From Octopus vulgaris (taxonomy: Eukaryota): 64,000 bases of DNA. Positions 57,738-64,000 of this stretch are shown here, in pieces (the stretch's first letter is position 1; each line of letters opens with the position of its first letter). The notes below the pieces were generated by a model. That model made no database searches and had not been told where the DNA came from. It was given only the letters and a program-made list of their open reading frames with translations. The stretch covers positions 2,480,001 to 2,544,000 of the forward strand of contig OX597834.1 of NCBI GenBank assembly GCA_951406725.2, read 5' to 3'. The translations under genes were made by a program, and so were the position numbers.

Positions 57738-57768
57738 CTTTCTTTCCCTCTGCTCTCTTTTCTCCTTG

Positions 57769-57816
<48 letters not shown>

Positions 57817-57898
57817 TCCCTCTTTTCTCCTTGTACTTCTTTCTTTCTTTTTCTTTCTTTCTTTCCCTCTTTTCTCCTTGTACTTCTTTCTTTCTTTT

Positions 57899-57974
<76 letters not shown>

Positions 57975-58001
57975 TCCCTCTGTCCTCTTTTCTCCTTGTA
58001 C

Positions 58002-58032
<31 letters not shown>

Positions 58033-58070
58033 TTGCTTCGTTCGTTCGTTTCTTTCTTTCTTTCCTTCAT
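57738..58070. repeat. (CTTT)n polypyrimidine tract with a higher-order unit
   Basis: CTCTTTTCTCCTTGT(A)CTT recurs four times among CTTT runs. Confidence 0.88.
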
Positions 58071-58674
58071 CTCTCTGTTCCCTTCTCTCTCTCTTTTCTG
58101 TCTGTCTCCCCCTCTCTAAAGCAGTGTTTTTAGCCTTTTTAAAACTTACTCTGTATGCCTCCTCACCCCACCCATAAAAGCAAAAAAAACAACAAAAAAC
58201 AAAAACCCCTTCTGTTTCTCATTTTGGAGGAGGATCCTGAGAAGACTGAAAACAGGCGGGGGGGGGGGGAACCGACCAAATGGCCATCTGTAATAGAATT
58301 AAGATAGTTTTAAAACTTTCAAAACCTATCCAACCCTGACTGGCGAAGAATGAAGAATTATTTTAGAGACGGAAACACTTTTGGCTCTTCTCATTTACAA
58401 AGAGGGGAAAATTGCTTCTCGTTTGTATTTTTTATGAGAGTGAACAATGGAATTCGACAATCTGATAACGCCTGAGTATACCTAAGACGATTTACAGCAT
58501 TGGTATAACATTAGTCATCATCCTTACCATCAGAGGTTGGGCATTACTGTGTTCGAATCTTAGGACTCGAAGGAAGAGTTGCTCAGTTTCCATGGCGAAT
58601 AAGGGACTGAGATCTCCACGATCCCTACTGAAGGGGGTCACCAGTCCGTCACAGATGACATTAGTAGACTCCCT

Positions 58675-58892
58675 TATATTGGTTTCAAATGTTGGCACAA
58701 GGTCAGCAAGTTCAAGGGTGGGGTGAAGCCGATTACATCGACCCCTGCCCCCCTGTGTTCAACTGAAACTTATTGACCCCGAAAGGGATGAAAGGTAAAG
58801 CCCCCGACGAGAGTTTGAACTCAGAACATAAAGACGGACGAAATGCCGCTAAGCATTTTTCCCGACGGGGTAACGATTCTGCCAGCTCACCC
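58675..58892 (-). mobile_element. Family A SINE
   Basis: Full reverse copy ending TAACGATTCTGCCAGCTCACC. Confidence 0.85.
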
Positions 58893-59344
58893 CCTTAGTA
58901 GCCCTATATTAAAGGCTTACTTTGGTAGAATACCCCTACAAAAATTAATAGAGAGGAGTAAGAAAGAGGTAGAGGGGCAGGGATAGTCACACCCCTGACC
59001 CTGGTGCACTGATACGAAAGGGCACGAAATTTCCTCTGTTCTACAATTTCTGTTAAGCTGGTGGTGGTGGTGGTGGTGGTGGTGGTGGTGGTCTTACCCC
59101 ATTCATCTTGTCCCCTTCTTTCTCGGAAGCTGGAAAACTTTGTTAAGTCGACTGATAACTTAGATATAAGATCGGGAAATTGGGGGACGGAATAGTGGTC
59201 GATATCGACCTTCGGTATTTTGATCGGTATTTTATATCGTCGGGCCCCGAAAGGATAAAATGTGAAGTTGATTGCAGTGGGATACGAAATCGGAACCAGA
59301 AATAGTACCACAAATCGTTTTGTCAGACCCTTTAAAGGGTCAAT

Positions 59345-59621
59345 TTGGCACCCATGGACCCATTTGATCCCTATTTTATTCACAGCTATTCTATTCAATG
59401 TTTGAAAAATCTTTTTATATAATTATTATGTATTATTAGAAATTGCATAAAAAGAAATTTTTTAAGTATTTTGTGTTTTGGAGAAATATAAGCAATTTAT
59501 TGCAGGCAAATGTTAAGAACAAAATCTCATTTGGGCCCCAAGAGCCATATGGCGATTGAGGGCCCCAAGAGCCATATGGCGATTTGGGCCCCAAGAGCCA
59601 TACGTCGATTGAGGACCACTG
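59345..59621. mobile_element. Second copy of the hAT-like MITE with an internal ~28-bp triplication
   Basis: TTGATCCCTATTTT..AATAAATTGC core similar to 46590-46750; GGGCCCCAAGAGCCATA repeated three times (59533-59602); ends ..GACCACTG. Confidence 0.6.
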
Positions 59622-59655
59622 CTTTAACGTGTCTCTCCATTTAATGCTCCTAATC

Positions 59656-59952
59656 ATGGTTCCAAATTTATGCACGGGGCCAGCAGGTTTTCAAAGGAGG
59701 GGGGTGGTGAGTCGATTGCATCGACCCCAGTACTCAACTGGTACTTATTTTATCGACCTAGAAAGGATGAAAGGGAAAGTCGACCTCGGTCGAATTTGAA
59801 CTCTAATGACCCCTAATAATCCTTTCTACCGTAGGCACAAGACCTGAAATTTGGCGGGGAGGAGGTTTGTCGATTACATCGACCCCAGTGTGTAACTGGT
59901 ACTTATTTCATCGACCCCGAAAGGATGAAAGGCAAACTCGACTTCGGCGAAT
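59656..59952 (-). mobile_element. Two tandem family A SINE bodies
   Basis: ACTGGTACTTATTT.ATCGACC..GAAAGGATGAAAGG occurs twice. Confidence 0.82.
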
Positions 59953-60371
59953 ATTCCTCCCTTCCTGGGCTCTCAGGTCGGCAAATGCGCCCCACCTCCA
60001 TGGGTGTAGCCAGGATTTCAAATGAGGGGTTTCTTAATTAATAGGATAGATCCACTATTAATTGTCTAATTACAACTTACCCTTTATTTGTTTCAGTCAT
60101 TAGATTGTGGCCATGCTGGGGCACCGCCTTCAGGAATTTTAGTCGAACGAATCGGTCCCGGGACTTACTTTTTTAAAGCTTGGTATTCTTTCTATCAGGC
60201 TCTTTCATCAAACCGCTAAGTTTACGAGGCCATAAATACACCAACACCAGTTGTCAAGTAGTGATAGGGGACACACAGACACACACACACATTTGGATCC
60301 ACTTGTCATACACGAGGAATTACCTTGGGTGTTAATTCTATTTGAATTTTATGACATCTGATGGATTGATA

Positions 60372-60570
60372 TACGAGGGGAGGGGGAGAAAAGATCCTGG
60401 TTTTAAGGGTCCCGCGAAAGGCCTATTTGGGGGCCCAACCTTCCGAGTTCTTTTACAGGATCGTTGCAATAAGTGTGTGAATCTGAGAATGAAATATGTT
60501 CAATAAAATCGCAATTTATTGTTCCTCCTGTATTTTCTATTACTCAAAACCAAGAACTTTTCAGCATTTC
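60372..60570 (+). mobile_element. mariner deletion derivative
   Basis: TACGAGGG start; AAAAGATCCTGGTTTT vs AAAACCAAGAACTTTT inverted ends; retains DRCNKCVNLRMKYVQ* (mariner C-terminal RW.KCV..G.YVE). Confidence 0.7.
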
Positions 60571-61649
60571 CACCAAGTTAACAACTTCGTCTTAACCCCT
60601 GAGTGCCTTCTAGATATCGAACTGGATTTATTAATCTCTTTTACCTTTTGTTATATATTGTGCGTGTGTGTTTGTATACATACACATATGTATGTATACA
60701 CACACACACACATCTACGATAAGCTTCTATCAGTTTCCGTCGACTAAAATCACTTGCAAGGCTCACTCAACGAGCCACACAGAAGGACTGAACCGGGAAC
60801 CATGTGGCTGGGAAGCACACTTCCTCTCACACAGCCACTCCTCCTTCATTATAAATTAATTAGTGTGAAACACGAAATTATATTAATGAGGTTTGAGGTC
60901 TGTCATGTGAAGCCTCAGAGCTCACGGGGCCGGAGCTTGACCCGGTTTCCATGGACTGAAATTGCGGTATTCCCTCCCTGAACGGGACGCCGGTCCGTCG
61001 CAAGGTTAACTTCCCAACTATCGCTGCAGGGTTTCCTATTTACAGCTGAATGGACTGCGGCAATGTGAAATCAGGTGTTTTGCTCAAGGCCACAACGTAC
61101 AACCCGGTCAAGGAATTGAAACCACGATCTTACGGGCAGGAGTAATGAAGCCTAACAACATTATAGGTGTATGGGCAGTATTTTCCAGAGTCTTCTGGTA
61201 GGGGTGGTATAAATTCGCATCGCGGATCTCTCAAAGTCCATGCTGTTCCGTAAATAATAAACAATAATAATATTTACAGGGGTTTCGAAACCTTTCGGCG
61301 ACGAGGGCGACCCCAGCTGACTTGCTTAACTTTTAATCACAAAAAAACCTCGGGTGACTTCTGGGTCAAGAAGGTCAGCCGGGGTCACTTTATTGTAATT
61401 AGATTTGGTGATGGATGTGGGTGTTTTCATCAAGTGGTCTATGTATTAGTTACCCTTTAAATACAGGAAATTTTGTAGCCTTTAAGATCTGTACACCAGG
61501 GGTGACTGCCCACACGATTCTGCTCTTTGCTATTCTTCTGTATATTTATTTTTATGTTTATGTTTTTATTATAAATTAAGATTGTGTTGTCTATACATCA
61601 GTGCCATAAAATATATTATGGCTACTCAGTGGCTCTCTTCTCCTGCTGA

Positions 61650-62220
61650 TGTAGCATCCCACAATGAACCTGGTCTCCCACTACGGAGATGGTCTGCCTC
61701 CACAGAGTTGGTCTCCCATTCCGGATGTGGTTAGGCCCTACAGACGTGGCTTCCAACTATGTACATGGTCTGCCCCTACACAGTAATTTCACTCAAAATG
61801 TTCCTGTTTGAGGGAGGGCACGTACCCTACTTAACCCTGGTTATTTGGAGATTCTTTGGTTGAATTCCTGGGAACCTACATCAGTGGTCAACCCGGTATG
61901 GTTTATCATTTCCGATAAGGTCAACCCCTACTGATGCGGTTTGTCCCTACAGACGTGGTCTTCTCTCACTGAAGAGATCTACTCCTATGCATTAATCTCA
62001 TTTAGTATGGCTCTGAATGAAAGATGAAAGAGGGCACTTGCCTTTGATGGTTAGGGCAACATTGGTTAGCACTGAATATGTGGGGATTCCTTGATGGAAT
62101 CCCTGGGTGACTTTATCGTTGGTCTCCCACTACGATGCTATCCCTACATCCGTGGTCAGCCCCTACCAACGCTGCTTCCCAAAACGCAACGTGGCCTTCC
62201 ACAACACACGTTGTCAACTA
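61650..62220. repeat. Degenerate 19-bp minisatellite in three blocks
   Basis: GG starts at 61672, 61691, 61710, 61729, 61748, 61767 and at 61919, 61938, 61957; consensus about GGTCTGCCCCTACAGACGT. Confidence 0.8.
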
Positions 62221-63844
62221 TGGTAACATTCTCCCACACTAACTCTTAACCCTTTAAAATAAATACTAACCCTAAACAAATCTAACAAAAACAGGGTCAC
62301 TTAAACACTTTCCGACCCTAAGTAATTATTTTCCATCCTCTGCATCACCCCCCCCCCCCATACGCCACCCGGGGTTAAGAATCCTGGATCTTGAAAGAAG
62401 GACAAATTATTTGCTAGTATTCGGTTGAATCGTTGAATGTTGTGGGTTCTGATCCCACCAAGGGGCCAATTTAGATTTTTTTTGTTCTTTATTCTACTGA
62501 GCGTGGAAGTGGGTGACCTGTTACGTACAGGAAGACGGGGGTTGCGATTTAATCGAATACATCTCTATCATAAAATTTGCGGCCTTATGAACTGGCAGAA
62601 TCGAAAGAGCATCGGACGAAATGTATTGCGGTATGCACTCAGTTATTTACCCTTATGTTCGAAGTTCAAATCTCACTGAGGGTGACATGGACGGTTTTAG
62701 CCTTCCGGGGGTTCGATGAGTTATAGTACTAGGCAGGTCGATTCTGATCCAGTACGTGATGGCGCGTGGATTAGTGGTTAGGGGTGTTGGACTCATGATC
62801 GTAAGACTGGTTTCGATTCCTGGGCCATGCAATGCTTTGTGTTCGTGAACAAAGCACTTCATTTCACGTTGCTCCAGCCCACACTCAGCTGGCCAAAACG
62901 AATAATCCTGCGATGGATTAGCGTCTCGTCCAAGAGGTAGGGAATATATACACCACAGAATCCGGAAAACCGGCCCTTATGAGACTATGGCTTGGGAAGG
63001 ACCTTTTATCTTTTTTTTTTTACTCCTAAAAACAAAAGCATTTCAACCAGGACCTCTTATCTTAAAAGGACTATCCCACGTGTCCGTCTCGTTTTTTCAA
63101 TAGTGTGATTTTAGAGGAATTTAAGTGTTATTTCTAGCAGGAAGAATGATCAGATAGTGGCTCTGTCGATGGTCTACAGTTATAGCTTAACGTTGGGTCA
63201 ACCTGATTGAGTAGATTTATGAGCAAAGACATTCCATCCATGACTATCCCATCTTTTCCCTGTAGGTATTTACAGGTAACCCGGAGCCACGATGTCCTAT
63301 ATCCCCCTTTTTAAAGATAGTTCGGTGCTGGATTAGGGAGGGAGATTTGGCTGTTATTTCTAGCAGAAAGAGCATCCACGAAGGAGAACTCTCGGTGACC
63401 CTTTGTCGAAAAGTGAGTACGAGTAATGAGTGTGACCCCAGAGAATGGACCCAGCGTCTTGTAAGGGAGAGGTCACTGGCCCTTGGTGGTCACGGTAACA
63501 CTGGATCTATTCGGCTTCCTTGTTTAAATCCCGAGCTGGTTGTACCCATCCCTCTGCTGAGGGCGAGGAACCTCCCCATTGTGCTTTTTGTTAGCAGTTA
63601 TAGTTGTTGTTATTGTGGTTGTTGTTGTTGTTTTTTTTTTTTGTCTCTTAAATTATTTTTGTATAATACCTCCCCCTTCCTTCGTGATGTTTTTGTAATG
63701 TCCCCCAAAGTGTGCGGGGCCCTTTGGGAACCGAACTAATACAGAAATTATCGTTTAAAAATAATCAATAAAATTAATTAGATAATTAATAAACTAATTA
63801 ATATTATTAGTGTCATCATCACCGTCATCATCATTATCTTCAGG

Positions 63845-64000
63845 GTGGTGGCGAGCTGGCATTTCTTCCGGCTCTTTGCGTTCTGGGTTCAAATACCGCC
63901 GAGGTTGATTTTGTCGTTCATTCTCTCGGGATCGATAAATTAAGTACCAGTTATGAACTGGGGTCTATTTAATCGACTAACACCCCACCCTAAAAGTGCT
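63845..64000 (+). mobile_element. Family A SINE (runs off the window)
   Basis: GGTGGCGAGCTGGCA..GGGTTCAAATACCGCCGAGGTTGATTTTG..AAGTACCAG. Confidence 0.82.

Noticed and set aside
61650-62220. Possible CRISPR-like repeat-spacer array
   Set aside because: Units are contiguous diverged 19-mers with no conserved repeat alternating with unique spacers, there are no cas genes, and the context is eukaryotic.

Overview
Eukaryotic, AT-rich, repeat-saturated DNA. The SINE families, dense (TA)n/(CA)n/(TATG)n/(TAA)n microsatellites and LINE/DNA-transposon mix match my recollection of an Octopus-type (coleoid cephalopod) genome; this is inference, no search was run. Almost all ORFs in the supplied track are microsatellite translations. 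Real coding signal comes from mobile elements: R4/Dong-type RT+RLE retrotransposons embedded in (TAA)n, RTE and CR1 LINE fragments, a Tc1/mariner-like (DUF4817-type N-terminus) transposase relic and a pogo/Tigger relic. There is one candidate host exon (minus strand, 57502-57619) with a start codon, a signal-peptide-like frame and good splice sites, so most of the window may be one large intron. The most notable unannotated signal is a dispersed set of minimal type I hammerhead-ribozyme motifs (CUGANGA-stem II-GAAAC-palindrome-GUH), mostly in short inserts ending in (TA)n, resembling Penelope-like/retrozyme ends. Several long fold-back structures are also present, two of them centred on TA microsatellites.
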